A stretch of DNA of 64,000 bases, taken from Amoebophrya sp. A120. Lineage: Eukaryota; Protista; Dinoflagellata. The number at the start of each line of letters is the position of its first letter. The first letter of the stretch is position 1. The translations under genes were made by a program, and so were the position numbers. Positions 1 to 18,009 of this stretch are shown here, one piece after another. The notes beneath the pieces were generated by a model. The model was given only the letters and a program-made list of their open reading frames with translations, ran no database searches and was not told the DNA's origin. The stretch lies in assembly GCA_905178155.1 (NCBI GenBank), contig CAJINV010000008.1, positions 1,984,001-2,048,000 on the forward strand, in the 5' to 3' direction.

Positions 1-1275
1 CTTCGCGCTCTGTCGCAAAAACACAGCTGTTTCTTGTGCAGTCAACCTCTTCAACTCGAAGAACCCTAAAATCATCGTCATCAACATCATCTTAGTTGCT
101 AGCATAGGCATAGGGGGGCTGCTCCTAGGGCTTTTGGAAACAATCAATTACTGTCTCACTCGATACCCTCACTCGTTCGATCTTCTCGATGTTCTTGAAA
201 ATGTCCAGCCCACTGCCCACTGTCGCCACTACCGAGCCGAACACCGCCCGCGCCCCCGATTCGATCGGGCTCTGCAGAACCAAGCCTGCGCAACTGGGCA
301 ACCTGCTCGCCAGGTCCGTGCTGGGCCCGGAGCCGATGGAGCGCCCGAACACGAAGATGCTCGACGGCTGAAACTATCAAATGCAAAAATGTCTGGGTCT
401 GGAAGAATGCAACTTGTGATGCTGAATTTGGATTCCAGAAAAATCTGTATTGCATGAGCAGCAAAGGGAATGCAATTTTTGCTACGTGGAGAGGGCATCT
501 GTCATGCGGAATAGGCATCGCGAAGCCCTCAAAAAATCTGTGATGGTAGGGCATGCATCACAGACATCACGGCCAATGCAAAACATGCGTGACAAGTCTC
601 GCAATCTTCCAGACCCAGACATTTTTGCAATTCATAGAAACTGCAGCTTCTCAGTCAGGTACTTGTACGCGGCGTTTACCGATCGATAGCACCCCTGTTC
701 GGTCGGCTCCCCGTCTGACAGCGAGTACCTTATCGATTCGTTTTCTTCCTTTCTGATTCTTCGATCGATCATCGGGAAAAAAGATCCGAACGTCTCCTGT
801 GGGGAAGATGAACATAGTCGTACTGAGACGGCACAAGGCTGAGCGGAAGCCTCAAGCAAAGAAAAATATGAACTCGTATGCTGTTGCCGGACTTGCCATC
901 TCATCGATTTTTGGCTAAGATGTTGAGCAAACACAACAACACGACTGCTCACAGGCGGTGGAACAACTATGCTCACACTTTGTACCCCTCATATTCGTAG
1001 GCAAAGACGGAACATTCGGTAATCTTCGTGAGCTCCTCCAGGTAGGGTATAGCCAGCCCCACGTCCTCGGCATTGCCGTGTGAGTAGAGGATCACAAAGT
1101 GCTCGCCGTCGTGCGCCCGGCGGGACCGCTCCTCGTTGTTCAGATACACCGCGAGGATGCGGTAATTTTTACTCGTTTTAAAGTACACCACCTGATCGCC
1201 GCGCTCTTCGAGAAAGGGCTGCGAATACCGCGGGTCCGGCGCCGGAAACGCCAGTTGATTCACTACGTTCCCCAT
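1..1275 (-). CDS. ABHD17-like alpha/beta hydrolase (depalmitoylase family), multi-exon, 3' end outside window
   Basis: MGNVVNQLAFPAP N-terminus, LYSHGNAEDVG, YEYEGYSLSDGEPTE, nucleophile elbow GRSIG, LVLQSP. Exons 1275-986, 728-637, 369-167; GT-AG intron 729-985; TIR intron at 375-636. Confidence 0.85.
375..636. mobile_element. Introner/MITE family A (non-canonical intron in ABHD17-like gene)
   Basis: About 32-bp TIR TATcAAaTGCAAAAATGTCTGGGTCTGGAAGA; perfect TSD GAAAC (370-374/637-641); excision gives LQFQPSSIFVFG. Confidence 0.92.
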
Positions 1276-1991
1276 AATCGCTGCTCCCGCGGTGAGCCTG
1301 CTCAGGAAGCAACTACGAACGGGACACCAACCACCTCAAGCAGGCGTGGAGACCCACGTCTTTTTGCGATCGGTTTGCGGGATAGCGATCCTTGACTTGC
1401 GGCAGAAATAAAAGTTCCATCTTCAACATCTTGTTATTTTGAAATAGAGTACGAACAAAGCTAACGCGGAAAAAAAAGCGAATGGATGTGAGATCGACAG
1501 GAGGATTTACTTCCTTATTTTCCAATCCGGATACTCTTCTAGCCTAATTGACAAACAACGAAACTTCTGAAGCAAGTGGCAAATGGCTACAACGCGGCAA
1601 GGTCACTGCACGAGCCAGGAGAAATTTTCACGAAACAGGAGCGGGTGCAACGCGTACATGTCAGGAACAGCTTACATCTTGATCAGCGCGCTTCTGTCGG
1701 GTTGTCAACACAAGAAGGCTGACTGAAAAATTACTGCTTTGATTTTCGCATGTACATTTTGGACACAGATGGCCTTTGTTTCACAGCAAGGGGCGTTGCT
1801 TTGCAAAATCCGTTCCTCGGAATCGAGACCAGTACGAGTGTGCGATAAATCAGAACTCGCCACTGGTCTCGAACTCGGCAGGTACGTTACTATAAACTCA
1901 TCGACCGTGTTAAAGATGATGAATCGTCGAGTCGCAACTTGGTTGCCGATCAGTGCTCGTCTCGTCGTGAAAAGGTCTACGCAGGCTTTTT

Positions 1992-6817
<4,826 letters not shown>

Positions 6818-8723
6818 TAAGACACAACTTTTCAAAGTACAAAAAATGAAATCGGCTCTACTTCCTTAGCTTTTCTTTCTCGAAGAAGATAAGTATTCTA
6901 CTTATAATGGGGGCAGAAAAAGTATTAAAAACCTTAATTCGGAAATCAAAATGGGTTGTCGTCGTGGGAATGATCTAGTAGAGGCTACGCGTACAAGAAA
7001 GAGTAAAGGTGGTCCTGCGTAACAGTAGCAGAAACAGACGACGACTTCATTTCAAAACTTTCTTTCCAATTTTTTTGAGGAAAAGTATTTTTTTCATCCA
7101 CTTTGGAGATGAAAAGACAGGAACCTTGGCGTTCTTTCAGGATCTTGGCTCGGATCAACTTTCATCGTTGCGAAACCTTTTTTATCACCTCCTAAGCGAC
7201 ACATTTATAATGTCACGACGGATTTATTTTCCAATAGATGTAGATCATCTTCATCAGCGGATCGGATTTTTGAACTGAAAGCGATCTTTGTATGTTGTAG
7301 TACGTACCCACCTCATTTCGTTCGGGCACGAGTGCTGTCGTCCGAAAGACGAACAAAAAATAAAAGCATGCCCCTGCTCGATTGCAGGAACCGATGTAAC
7401 TTTGCTCCTGTAGTGTGCGGACAGCAGCGAAGCAGCCTCGACAAAAAGCTTTCCAGCGAACACCCCTACATTCCAAAACAAACGCGCCGTCTAGTGCTGG
7501 ATGCACTCTTTCTCTCTGCAAGTTTGCAAAGGCAAATGGTGTCCTCGCTGACCTCCATCATGTTGCGATAGAAATTTGTTGTCCGCAACAGAGCAGGCTA
7601 AGGTCTTTTTATCATCACCTGTTCAGAGTTTCTGAAGCGCTTTCTATTTCCATAGTTTTTGCAGCTGTACAGCGATGCGACTAGGAAAGTAGCACATGCA
7701 GGGACCATAATGGAAAGCTGCCGAGTGAATAAAATGCATTTCAGAGTAGTGAGTAGTCAAAACGGAAAAGTTGGCCGACAATCACTTGGCGAACCGGGAA
7801 CGAAACCAGGAGAGACAACTAAAAGAGAATCGATGTTACGAAAACTACCGGCAGACGAGTCATCTCGTTGCACTGAAGCCCTGTAACTATTCTCTATCCG
7901 CTGCTGCTGAAAAGGAACGCCTGGCTCGGTAAATGAAACAAAATTCTTGTGAATCTTTCTGCTCGCGAAAAACGAAGTAAAAAAGGCTTCGCCCGCGTTC
8001 AAATCTCTAGTATAGTGGAGGTGAGAGCTGAGCTCAGTGCCTTTCGCGTATGAATGGATTCTTGTAACTAACAGAGTCAGTAGGTAGCGCGTTTGCATCA
8101 GTAGCTTCGTCCTGGACGAGCCCGGCTGTTGGTAGTACACACCCATGCTTTCTGCCGAACCCGGAGATGCAGCAATAGCATGAGCGATTGGGGCTTCTGA
8201 TTGCAAGTTTGCAACGTAAAAAAAATATGACTGAAACGAGAGAGATCGAAGTTTTCGATGAAAATTGATTTACATGTAGATAATAGCACAACCGGTAGTC
8301 ACCACCGGGCTGCACATAGAACACAAAGCAAAAATTTCATCACCGCAAAAAAAAATAAGGAAAGTGGAAGTTACGTCTTCTTTTTCGTGCGCAATCATGG
8401 CAATCAAGAGTCTAGCACCAATTCTGCAGTCACGCAAAAATTGGAAAACTTGCGCGCGCAGCGGCATCGTCGGCGAGAAAATATCGCGAAACATGGCGTG
8501 GTGATCCCTTCCGTACAACTTGCTTCCTCGTCATAAGCCGACGCTGCCTGTATTTCAGAAACGCAGGCCCGAAAAGTTTAGGTGGCGTGGGCGTAACGGC
8601 AACATGGGAATAAAGGAAAATAATACCCGAAAGATAGAAAATTCGCGAAATTAAGGCAGGCCTCCGTGGGACGACGTATTGCAATTTTGAATACGACCCT
8701 GAGCAGCGTGCAACACAGAGCGT

Positions 8724-11390
8724 TCAGAGCAGGCCATCGTGATACGTATAGGTCTCGCCGCGTCGCACGGTGCAGTAGCTGAGTTCTCTGCCACCGGTGC
8801 TGCTGTAAATTTTCAGCGTGTACAGGTCATGCCGGCCGTCCAACAAAACAATCTCCGCCTCCCCTCGAGGGCGAATTTTGTCCGTCGACTGCGCTGGCAC
8901 GAAGAAAAAGTAGTCCCCGGGGTTGAAAATCTTTGCACGAATTTCCTGTGCGGACCGGTTTCGCACCGTCACACTGCAATTCAGCATGGGTGAACTCGTG
9001 TTGGAATTCCCGCCGCTCCCCCGCAGATTATAGGACGCGCTGGAGGTGCGGTTCCGCGATTGGTTGCAGCTTTCATCACCTCCCTGTGGACTGTGGTAAA
9101 ATCTACCCTTGCCGTCGCGGCGATGATCGTGGGCTGAGCGATCTCTGCGCAGTAGAGCTGCGTAGTGCGGTTCGGGAAAAAACCGGTCTCGTTGCTCAGA
9201 CCCACCTCCACTACTGCTGGCTCGCCCGTGGACCGCGGCAGCAAGCAATTGGTTCATGCGTTGCCGTGAACGGCGCCGACAATGGTTCGTCTCCCTACCT
9301 TCGGCGCGCGTGCCGCACGACCGGTTGGAAGATGTCGAGGCGTTTGCAGTGGGCGACGTGGTCGCGCTGCGGCGCAGTGTCATGCTCATCATGCCAGAAG
9401 AGCGGCCTAGTGATATTGAAGACGACCCGCAGGGGCCGTACGAACGCTCTCGGCCCGAGTGCGAGATGAGGCCGCGAATCGACTCGGACGTCGCACCCGG
9501 GGGAAGGTGGTCCACCACCTCCTCGTCGTCGTCGTCCGGATCGTCGTCGTTGTAGTAGTCCTCGCTAAAAATTGCGGAAGATTGCTGGTCATTTTGTTCT
9601 CCGTGAACGTCGAACATTCTCGCTGCTTGAATATCACAGGGGGAGGTCGTCGTTGACATAAAACTTCGTCGGTTTATTTTCACCGAGCTCGTAGCACGCC
9701 GGCCCGAGTCATCCCGGCGGGGGCGTTTCAGAAACAAGGTCGAGGAGGCGGAGGAAGCCGCCCCTCCTAGTCCTTGGCTATGGCTGGTTGTCTGGGAATG
9801 AACGAGAGGGCGAGGATCCTGCTTTATTTTGTGTCGCAGCTTGTTGTTGTTCCCGAGCGATCGGGTACGGCTTTTCTGCTGTTTGCCTGTCCACCCGACG
9901 TGCGAGGTCGAAGACTTCTTTTTCCTCTCACTATTCGTGATAAGTCCAGCGGCCTCCTCGGACTCGGAGCTGGAGTTATTGCACGAGGAATGCGGAAGAT
10001 CGTGCTGGGTGAAAGGATCGGCGGGGTGCTCTAGCACACTATTTGGTGTTGACGGCTGCTGCATTCTCAGACCTACTTCTCCCGGTTCAAAGTGGTCGTC
10101 TGCTTCCCCACCTTCTTCATAGCTGTCTTTCAAAAAATCAAGCGAGGGCGGTGGACAAAGTGCAGACTCCTCGTCGTGAGGACCAAGATCCAGCTCGTTT
10201 CCCGTCTGCGGCAAGCGATCCTCGGCAAAGCTGTCGCCTGCAGGGTCCCTTTTTTCTTGTTGCGACGAACTCGCGCCAGCACCGTGGTCACTGCTATTTG
10301 TACTGTAGTTGCCGAGGCCGCGCAGGTGAAAATCAAAGGGGTCGGGATCTTCCCTTTCCGACCCCGAAGAGGACGAGGATGAGGACGACGACTCGGAAAG
10401 CACCAAGCTCGCGAGGTTATCATACGACGTCTTGTTGTGCTGGAGCAAGTTTTGGGAGCTGCTGGGCTTGAGCAATTCGGTCGACGAGCTCGTGGTTTTG
10501 CTGCTTGTGCGACTTCCGGACTTCGACAGACTCCCGCACGACACCGCGTTGCGCCCGATAGAAATCCCGGAAGATTTTGAGTTCATCATCCCAAGACTAC
10601 TACCTCCTGCTGCTGTTACCGTGACACAACCGCTGGACGCGGTGCTCTTCGAACTTGTCTGCCGGTCCAGCGTCGCCGACTGCTGCGACAGTGGCTGCAC
10701 TGCTTCTTCGCCCACGTCAACCACAGTGCTCGTTGCGGAGCACGCTGCTCCGTCGACTTCCGCAAGTTTGGGCAGCTTCTTGCACGACGACAAATCTACT
10801 TTGCGCCGTTGCTGCATGTTGGGTCGTCCGGGTGTGGTGGCGTTCAGAGAAGATGAAGTAGATGCTGATGTGCCTAATTTCATCATACCACTTTGCGCAC
10901 TGCTTTCGGCATGACCCTGTGCTACGAAGCCACTCTGGAGTAGTTGCGTAGGCGTGCGTCGCAAGGACTCACTGTGGTGTCCAATCCCCGGGCCGTAGGA
11001 GGGCGAGATATAGGCCGGCGCAGCTCTTTCGCTTTCAAAGGCATTCTCCTCGTCCTCCGCGAAACTGCTCTCCTGGAAGCTAGAGTCGCTCAAAATTTTC
11101 ATCATTCTGCTACCGCTCCCCCCGCCGCCGCACCCCGCACTTTGGCTCAACAAACCATGGCTAGTACTGGCCGTGTTCATCTGCTCCGGCGCGGGGGGCA
11201 ATCCGCTGTGCGCCATGGATTTTCGTACGTTTAACAAGTCGTGCGCCGCTTTGCCGACCGGGTAGCTGCTGTGTAGCAACTGTGCGGACGAGGACGATGT
11301 TGACACACCGCTGCTACGGTGGTAATGGTGCGGCGGCTTGACGACTTTTCTCTTCAGACTCCGTGTGACATCCACAAACTCCAACACCAT
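8724..11390 (-). CDS. Hypothetical Ser/Gly-rich, largely disordered protein (~888 aa, single exon)
   Basis: Long stop-free ORF 8724-11495, first ATG at 11390; low-complexity; short globular-looking C-terminus; no recognisable domain. Confidence 0.7.
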   Translation of the reverse strand: MVLEFVDVTRSLKRKVVKPPHHYHRSSGVSTSSSSAQLLHSSYPVGKAAHDLLNVRKSMAHSGLPPAPEQMNTASTSHGLLSQSAGCGGGGSGSRMMKILSDSSFQESSFAEDEENAFESERAAPAYISPSYGPGIGHHSESLRRTPTQLLQSGFVAQGHAESSAQSGMMKLGTSASTSSSLNATTPGRPNMQQRRKVDLSSCKKLPKLAEVDGAACSATSTVVDVGEEAVQPLSQQSATLDRQTSSKSTASSGCVTVTAAGGSSLGMMNSKSSGISIGRNAVSCGSLSKSGSRTSSKTTSSSTELLKPSSSQNLLQHNKTSYDNLASLVLSESSSSSSSSSGSEREDPDPFDFHLRGLGNYSTNSSDHGAGASSSQQEKRDPAGDSFAEDRLPQTGNELDLGPHDEESALCPPPSLDFLKDSYEEGGEADDHFEPGEVGLRMQQPSTPNSVLEHPADPFTQHDLPHSSCNNSSSESEEAAGLITNSERKKKSSTSHVGWTGKQQKSRTRSLGNNNKLRHKIKQDPRPLVHSQTTSHSQGLGGAASSASSTLFLKRPRRDDSGRRATSSVKINRRSFMSTTTSPCDIQAARMFDVHGEQNDQQSSAIFSEDYYNDDDPDDDDEEVVDHLPPGATSESIRGLISHSGRERSYGPCGSSSISLGRSSGMMSMTLRRSATTSPTANASTSSNRSCGTRAEGRETNHCRRRSRQRMNQLLAAAVHGRASSSGGGSEQRDRFFPEPHYAALLRRDRSAHDHRRDGKGRFYHSPQGGDESCNQSRNRTSSASYNLRGSGGNSNTSSPMLNCSVTVRNRSAQEIRAKIFNPGDYFFFVPAQSTDKIRPRGEAEIVLLDGRHDLYTLKIYSSTGGRELSYCTVRRGETYTYHDGLL

Positions 11391-11668
11391 ACCGCGCCGA
11401 CAAATACATGTGGCGAGCTCGCGGTCGCAACAACCGGGCGCAAATATCTTCAGACGGTACCTTTTGTGGAAGTTCAAATTCCAACTTATTCTCAATAGTG
11501 CTACAATGCAACATGTACTTTACTGCCTTGCTATCGATCCTTGTACACCCGGGGTGGGGGTCGTATCCAACTCTGGAAGAAGAGTCAGCATGATTGAATA
11601 TATTTCTTTTTCCTGGGGCAGCTACTAATGCTCAGTATTAGAAGTCAGCAATATTGGACAGAACAATA

Positions 11669-13241
11669 TCACAGGCCACAGTACTCTCGTTTGATTTTCC
11701 CAGAGCGCAGCAGCGCGGGCGGGTGGAAGGTAAGCTGCTCCCCGGCTTCGATGTGCTCCACGCACCGGCCGGATATCCCCGTCACTGGCAGCCAGTTGCA
11801 CACATCCTCCACGGCGTATAACACTGCCTTCACGTGCTTCAGCGACCGATTGCGGATTTTGATCGGGTCCATCGCGTTTTTGGTGCCGTCCTGCGACGCT
11901 GTTCTCGACGTAGATGGAACGTTCAATTGCGGCAGAATTGTTCCCGTCCCCGCGGGCGGCCCGGCCGATGACGTAGTACCCTCAGAAGAAGTGCCGACTA
12001 TGCGAGATGAACCTCGTGCGCCCTCGCCGAGAGCCCCCGCAGTAGGGGTACTTCTAGAGACGGCACCCAGTTCGTCGTCGTCGGGTCTGTCAGCATGTGG
12101 TGGAGGCGCGAGCACCCCCTGTGCAAAAGGCAGGTAGTTCAGCTGTTGCGCTTTCGTCGAGGACATCGCCGGCGACAAAGGGATACTGATCGCGCCCTTC
12201 GAGGGCCCGCATCGCAGCGAGGTACTACCGCATCCTCGAGGACGGCCCGCCCCTCCAGAAAGCCTGCTACCATTGCTGGTCGGCGATAGTGCGCTATTGA
12301 TTTCCGCGATTTCGTTTTGCGGCAGGGTGGCGTTCATGGCCGCGGCGGTGCTCACGTCGGTCGCGGACACGCAACTAGCCGGGAACCACCAGGTAATTGC
12401 ATATTGAATGCCAATCATATGTCTCCGAGTCAGGAAGGTTTAACTTAGTGTAATATTTCATCAATCCGCGGCCGCCACCAAGCGGCACAAGTTTATTTTC
12501 AGCTGACAAGCAAGAGGATCAATCTGTGCGCCGTCGTCGTGCCTACGCGTCACAAAGTTCAGAATCATGTCAACAAACGCATGACAAGCGTTCTTGCAGC
12601 CTTCACCTCCTAGATGACCCAGAGGACACATGTCATGCAATGCATATTTCAAAATCCTCGAACATTTCGAGAGAGAAGACCCACTTGGCAAAACGGAACA
12701 GAACGAACGCCGTGGACTCCATCTCCTCGCGCTGCTCCGTTTCCGTGCAGACGTCAACCACGTAAAAACTGTTGTCGAACACGGCCTGGATCCGGTGCTT
12801 CCGGTTGTCCTCGGTGAAAAGGAAAATCTTGTACAAATACACCAAGATGGTGACCAGCATGGTGAGCGTGGCGAGAAGAAGGCAACCCGGAAGGAACTCT
12901 GGCACGTTGTCGTGTATCAAGTGGATGACGTTTTTCAGCCCGATCAGAAACAGCAGGATGAAGGCCGACACCGCAAAAAACGCTACAAAATTTGTGACGT
13001 AGTAAAATTTCTTCTTCAGAAACACGTGAACCGCGAGGAACAAGAGCACGAAGTAAAAAAAACCGCCCCACAGAAGTATCGTCGCGTTCGTGCCAATGCT
13101 GTAGGTCGCAAACGCGAGAAAAAAACCAATGGTGAGCCCCAGGACCGAAGTGAGGAAAGGCTGGCACAGTCGGGCGGATGGTAGCCGTTCCGTGAAGACG
13201 CGCTGGTCGCCACACATGTAGGCGCAAGTGTAAGACGCCAT
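11669..13241 (-). CDS. Hypothetical multi-pass membrane protein, 2 exons
   Basis: ORF 12633-13241 (about 4 hydrophobic helices) joins ORF 11669-12418 in frame (EDFEITWWFPA) after removal of the TIR element at 12402-12646. Confidence 0.7.
12402..12646. mobile_element. Aged family-A-like introner
   Basis: TAT...ATA ends, imperfect TIR, TSD TTGCA/TTTCA, frame-restoring excision of 250 nt. Confidence 0.75.
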
Positions 13242-14249
13242 GGCTACTTTGACTCCGTTCCACCACGTTTACGCGTGCTTTTGCTTTCCAGCAGAGATAG
13301 TACTAGCTGTAATTCCTCTGCTCTACAACTTGCAGTACAGTCATATATTAAAATCCGTGTCACGAAAGATAAGAGATTCCACACCTACACGTGCTGATGC
13401 GCGATATCCGGAGGACAAACCTGCACTCCTTCTCCTGTTCCTCGCTGTATGCTGCTGCTGCTACGTTTCATCGCAGCAGTAGACTTTGTCACGGTTCGCA
13501 CCGTTCTTCGTGTGCTGCCGTAGTGGTCGCCATGTTCTCCACTTATTTGCTTGCTTCATTTTTTTTCATACAAAACTTGCGTCATTCCATCAACTTTCCT
13601 CACCCGTCGTGCTCAACTCATGCTGAGACCGGAGGAACGATTCAGCATCAGCACGGGTCGCGAATGGGGAAATAAAAGAAAGCTCAATGAAGATGCACCA
13701 AGTACGTAGGCAAGCCAGTGCCAGGAAAGAACGCCATATGTCCGGTCATAAACTTCTTTTGCAATTTCGAACAGTTCCATCAATTGCGGAAACCGTCGCA
13801 CGCGGTTGACTTGAGGTTCAAAAATTCACACGAAACTGGGCACGCAAAACTATGGTGTTTGAGGCGACTCATGAAAACCAATTGTTATATGCATTTTTTG
13901 TCCATATCACAGTCAGTCGGAGATCACAAAGAAGGAGTTCTCGTGACGTAGAAATACATTCGAGAACAAGGCAATTGCGTATCATTGCTATTGAAGTCCT
14001 ACATTCGACCACTGACAGGTGCTCGACCTATCATTTGCAAGGTGCCTACGAACATGTATACCAACTCAATTTGTACAGTATGTTCTTCACAAATCCAATC
14101 TTGAAAAAGTGGGGTATCATTTTCTTGGAAGATCAAGACCTACATGAAATGCGACAGATGACACAACCACGGCACACAAACATGCGCACAGAAACACAAC
14201 TTCTGCGCCGGCCTTACTATATGATCGACAAGGAACATTCCTAATAATC

Positions 14250-17009
14250 CTACAATTCATCTTTCGGGGGCGCGGCGGCCACGGTGGCGGAAACTCCGGC
14301 TTTCGTACTTTCTTCCACCCGCAGCTCACAGTCAGACTTGTCGTCACAGGCTGTTGTCGGAGGGTCTTCTTCGTGCCAGGTCAGTTCCTCATCTTCCCCT
14401 CCGTTCAGGTCTCGCAACCGCTCCGCGAGAAACCTGCGGGCCTTCTGCCGCGACGTCCACTGGAAAATGACGTTTTCGTTCAACGTGAGCTGCACGCACT
14501 CGTCCTGCGGCCCGAACCCCGGTGGCCGGTCGGGCGACTTCTCGCTGGCCCCGAGGGTCGTGCTGTGCTTTTGGTGCACTGTGGCAGCAGCATGAGGATC
14601 CACCGTGTGGTCTTGTTCACCATCGTACTGGTCCCTCAGCCATACCAGCAGCCCGAGACTGCCGCCGAAGGGCGCCAGCACGCGCGTCGCGGTAATCGCC
14701 CCCATCTCCTCCACGACGCTGTAGTCCCGGGTGCAGTCGAAGTTGGTGAGCAAGGCTTCCTCGGGGTCGTTCCTCCGCTTCTCTTCTTCGCGTTTCGCGT
14801 CATCATGGATTTCTTTTATATCGTTCAACCCCACGTCCCGCACCTGCAGTTCCAAGGGCTTCAAAAAACTCCCCTGGAAGAACGACGCGGGGATTCTTGA
14901 TGAAGAACTCCCGTCGACACCACCGGCAGTAGGAGGAGTACGCGCGGCTTTATTCTCCTTTCCGCCGTCCAACGGGATTTCCGGGGCCTTCCAGGCGTAC
15001 ACCTGCAGCCACATGAGCACAGGCAAAATGGTTTCCGCATGGGCGAACGCAAAGCGAAACTTCTTCTCGTTGTTCGGCCCCAGTGAGAGGAAATAGGTCC
15101 ACTCCTGGAAGAAGTTCGCAGCAAACGGCTCCGCCGCCAAATTCGGGTTGCCAAACCCGCTTTTGTAAAAGTGCGCGTAGTCCATCAGCCGCTCCATCTG
15201 CAAGAAATCCGTTTCTTCCCCGAACACCTCGTCGCCCATGCATCCTGTGTGAAAACGTCTCCACCCCCGAGTTGTTTTATGCAAAGTGACATGTTGCCGA
15301 GAATGTTTCTACATGCCGCGCAAGAATCTCGTCATGCGGAGCAGTTTCTGATGCTATGATATGGGATCATCTTCTTGTCATCCTCTAATAGCGATAATGT
15401 GATGCGGCTGTACTAGGTAAACAGGACTACGCTGGGCGCCCATGGCTGTCACGCGCCGCAACAGCTAATAAACCCTATTGATTTCTTTGTGTAGCACCGC
15501 CGCGATCTCGACACTGCGGTGTGGGCGGCCCCATTTCCTTTTACACAGGATACCATGGCCGACTTATTCAGCAGTGCCCGTTCCATGATCGCAAGGTTCC
15601 AAAGAGCGTACGCGTCCGCCGTGGTGAGGTTCCACTTCGTGTGGAGATTGTTTGACGAGCTCTCTGATTGTTCGCCAGCAAAGAGCGTGACGTTCGGCAG
15701 GATGTGTTCGTCGAAATGCTTCTTGAACTCCCGCAGGTACTGCTTGTTTTTCCCCGGGCCGGTTTCCGTGTCGTTTTTCCAGCGCAGGTAGTCTTTGAGG
15801 TGCGCCGCCGTGTGGTATCGTAAGGAAAACTCCCCCCTCCCCATATTGAAAACGTATCTGTCTGAAAATTTGTGACCTCAAATCCTGTCTGTCTTGCAAG
15901 AAGGCAAGTCCAGAGCGCGCCGCGCACTTTCCAGGCGGTTTGTGATGCTGTTGGGCTTAGAGCATACACATTTGCCATGCTAGGCGCCTACGTCAAAACC
16001 TCTCGACTGAGGCTCCTTGGCATATGCCTGCAGTCCTCTCCAGCAAGACAAATCTGATTTGTGTACGGAAATCCAGCATCAGACACTTCGTTTCGGTATG
16101 GGGAGGGGGGATTTTTCCTTTTAATATGTGGACGCGGAATTCCGGGGCGGCGGCCGTGGCGTTCCAGCCGCCCGGCGGGACAATCACCATCTTCGAGCCG
16201 CGCCGCCCCAGCCGGGTCTTGAACCCGACGGTACTGGCGTCGAAGTACCGGAGCCGCTGGTCGTGCAGGGCCAAGACCCGGTCCTCGTGGGTTTTGCCGA
16301 AGGGGTTCTCGCCCAACGCGTCGTGGAGGCCGGCGAGGAAGGCGTTGCCGGACTGGGTGCAGCGCGACTTGGAGCTGCTCTCGTACTGCAGCCGCGTGCT
16401 GTTGTTCGCAAACGAAGACAGCAAAAAGCGCCACTTCAGCCCCTGCCGCGCGAGCTCCTCCCACCCGCGCTCCACCAGCGCGGCGTCCTGTTTCTCAAAT
16501 GCGGCGAGGTCCGTCTGTAGCCACCGGTCGGTCCGCCGGTGTCGTTCGGCGACATGCCGCTTCAGCTTCCGCCACTTGGTCAGCTTCTTGCCGTCCGGCG
16601 TGCGCGTGCCGTGGCGGAAGAGCACGTCCGCCGCCTGCAGGCGCCAGTTGAACCGGGAGTCACGCAGCGCATACGTTTTTTTGGTCGCATTCGCGTCAAC
16701 GGCGTGAAAGTACGAACTCTTTTCGGGCGGATGCGTGAACTTCCGCCCGTACGGATTGTACAGCGCTTCGTTGAAGTACGGCGTCTTGGTGCCGGCGTGG
16801 AACTGCCAGCTCCGCTTCGGGGCGCGGACCGACGCGGGCCTCCAGGACCGGCCATCTCTTGTCGGCTTTGCGTCCGTCGTTGGTGGTCCGCCAAACACCG
16901 ACCCGTACGCGAGGGCCCGCAGAAGAACTGCGGCCGAGGACCATCGCTGGGCACTTCCGCTTCCCGTCGTTCCGGTTTGCGATTTCGGTCTGGCGGGAGA
17001 CATTGGCAT
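14250..17009 (-). CDS. Histidine acid phosphatase, MINPP1/phytase-like, 3 exons
   Basis: Catalytic RHGTRTP motif, SSKSRCTQSG, FAHAET and APFGG motifs typical of MINPP; N-terminal hydrophobic segment; two TIR introns. Confidence 0.8.
15241..15552. mobile_element. Family-D-like introner in MINPP gene
   Basis: (C/T)ATCCTGTGT-AAA TIR; perfect TSD CCATG; excision gives KSAMGDEVF. Confidence 0.85.
15816..16126. mobile_element. Introner family B in MINPP gene
   Basis: TIR AAGGAAAA(C/A)TCCCCCCTCCCCATA; perfect TSD TGTGG; excision gives FRVHTAAHLKDY. Confidence 0.92.
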
Positions 17010-17663
17010 GGGTAGGCCTCACGCCTCGAACTAGAAATTAATATCAATATACTCGTTGCAAGATAGCCTGTCTTTAGGTAGCGAAGGAAGCAGCTAGGTT
17101 TACTTAGACGCTACCGATTGCTTTTCTTCCAGACTCTTGCACAATTGAGGCCCTTATCGAACTACAAGAAAAAACGCGCACTATATGCGATCGGGTGGAA
17201 GGTACGGCATGGCGGTGTGTTCGCTTGCAAGCGAAAGTATAGCGAATTTCGAATATCGACCGACTGCCTGGGGTGAGGATAGCGATGGGTGTTGCTGACG
17301 CCCGCCGGAAAAGTAGCAAGCCATTTATTTACGACCCGATTACGAAGTGCGACGCGATATTATTCTTGTCAACCATTTCTCGGAAGGGCGCCGGGCTCGC
17401 GATGCGTTTTTGCGCAAGGCAATCCCTGCAAGCGCGGCGCAGCGAACGGAGCGCGGCCAAGATGCAGCGCGGGAAAGCCGGCCGGCGAGAAAGAAAACGC
17501 GGGGCGTACCAGGTCGCGACGGACGCCCGGGGCCCGCACCAAAGCGGCAGCGGTACCGGCTTCCGTTCCCGTAGGCTCCTCCCTTCGGGGGCGTAGGCTA
17601 TTGCGCATCCAAGCGACTACGCTTATCGCCCGCCCCAAGTGGGCAGGCGTGCTGTGTTTCTAT

Positions 17664-17890
17664 GGGGCTAGGGAGGGGGAAAAGGGCCCACATGGAAACC
17701 GCGCAGGGGACAGCGGGAAAGGGCGGGGGGAGGGGGGGGAAGGGGGGCGGGTGGACGAGGGGGGGGGGAGTAACAGGGGGGAGGAATGAAGGGAGAGAAG
17801 AAGGGGCAGGGAAAGGGAAATGGGGGGGGGTTAGGCAGCAAAGGGAAGGGGGTAAGAAGGGGGAGGGATGGGGTGGAGGTGGAGGGTCGG
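17664..17890 (+). repeat. G/A-rich homopurine low-complexity tract (G-quadruplex/H-DNA potential) in the strand-switch region
   Basis: About 225 bp dominated by G and A with many G runs of 4 or more. Confidence 0.75.
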
Positions 17891-18009
17891 ATTTTCCAAA
17901 TGTGGAGCCTAATTAATAACATGCAACCCATGCGGCTTATAAATAGGCAAATACACCAACAACGCACCGTATAAAGTGCATGGGACACATTTTGTAGTGC
18001 GTAGCTGTG

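Noticed and set aside
6900-8700. Short ORFs between AlaRS and the Ser-rich gene
   Set aside because: No motifs or codon bias; treated as intergenic/UTR.
11138-11152. TTTGGCTCAA resembling the dinoflagellate spliced-leader 3' end
   Set aside because: Only a short match, inside a coding exon on the opposite strand; no full SL sequence.
13613-13801. Small hydrophobic minus-strand ORF
   Set aside because: Too short, no clear start or homology; it could be a small exon but is unsupported.
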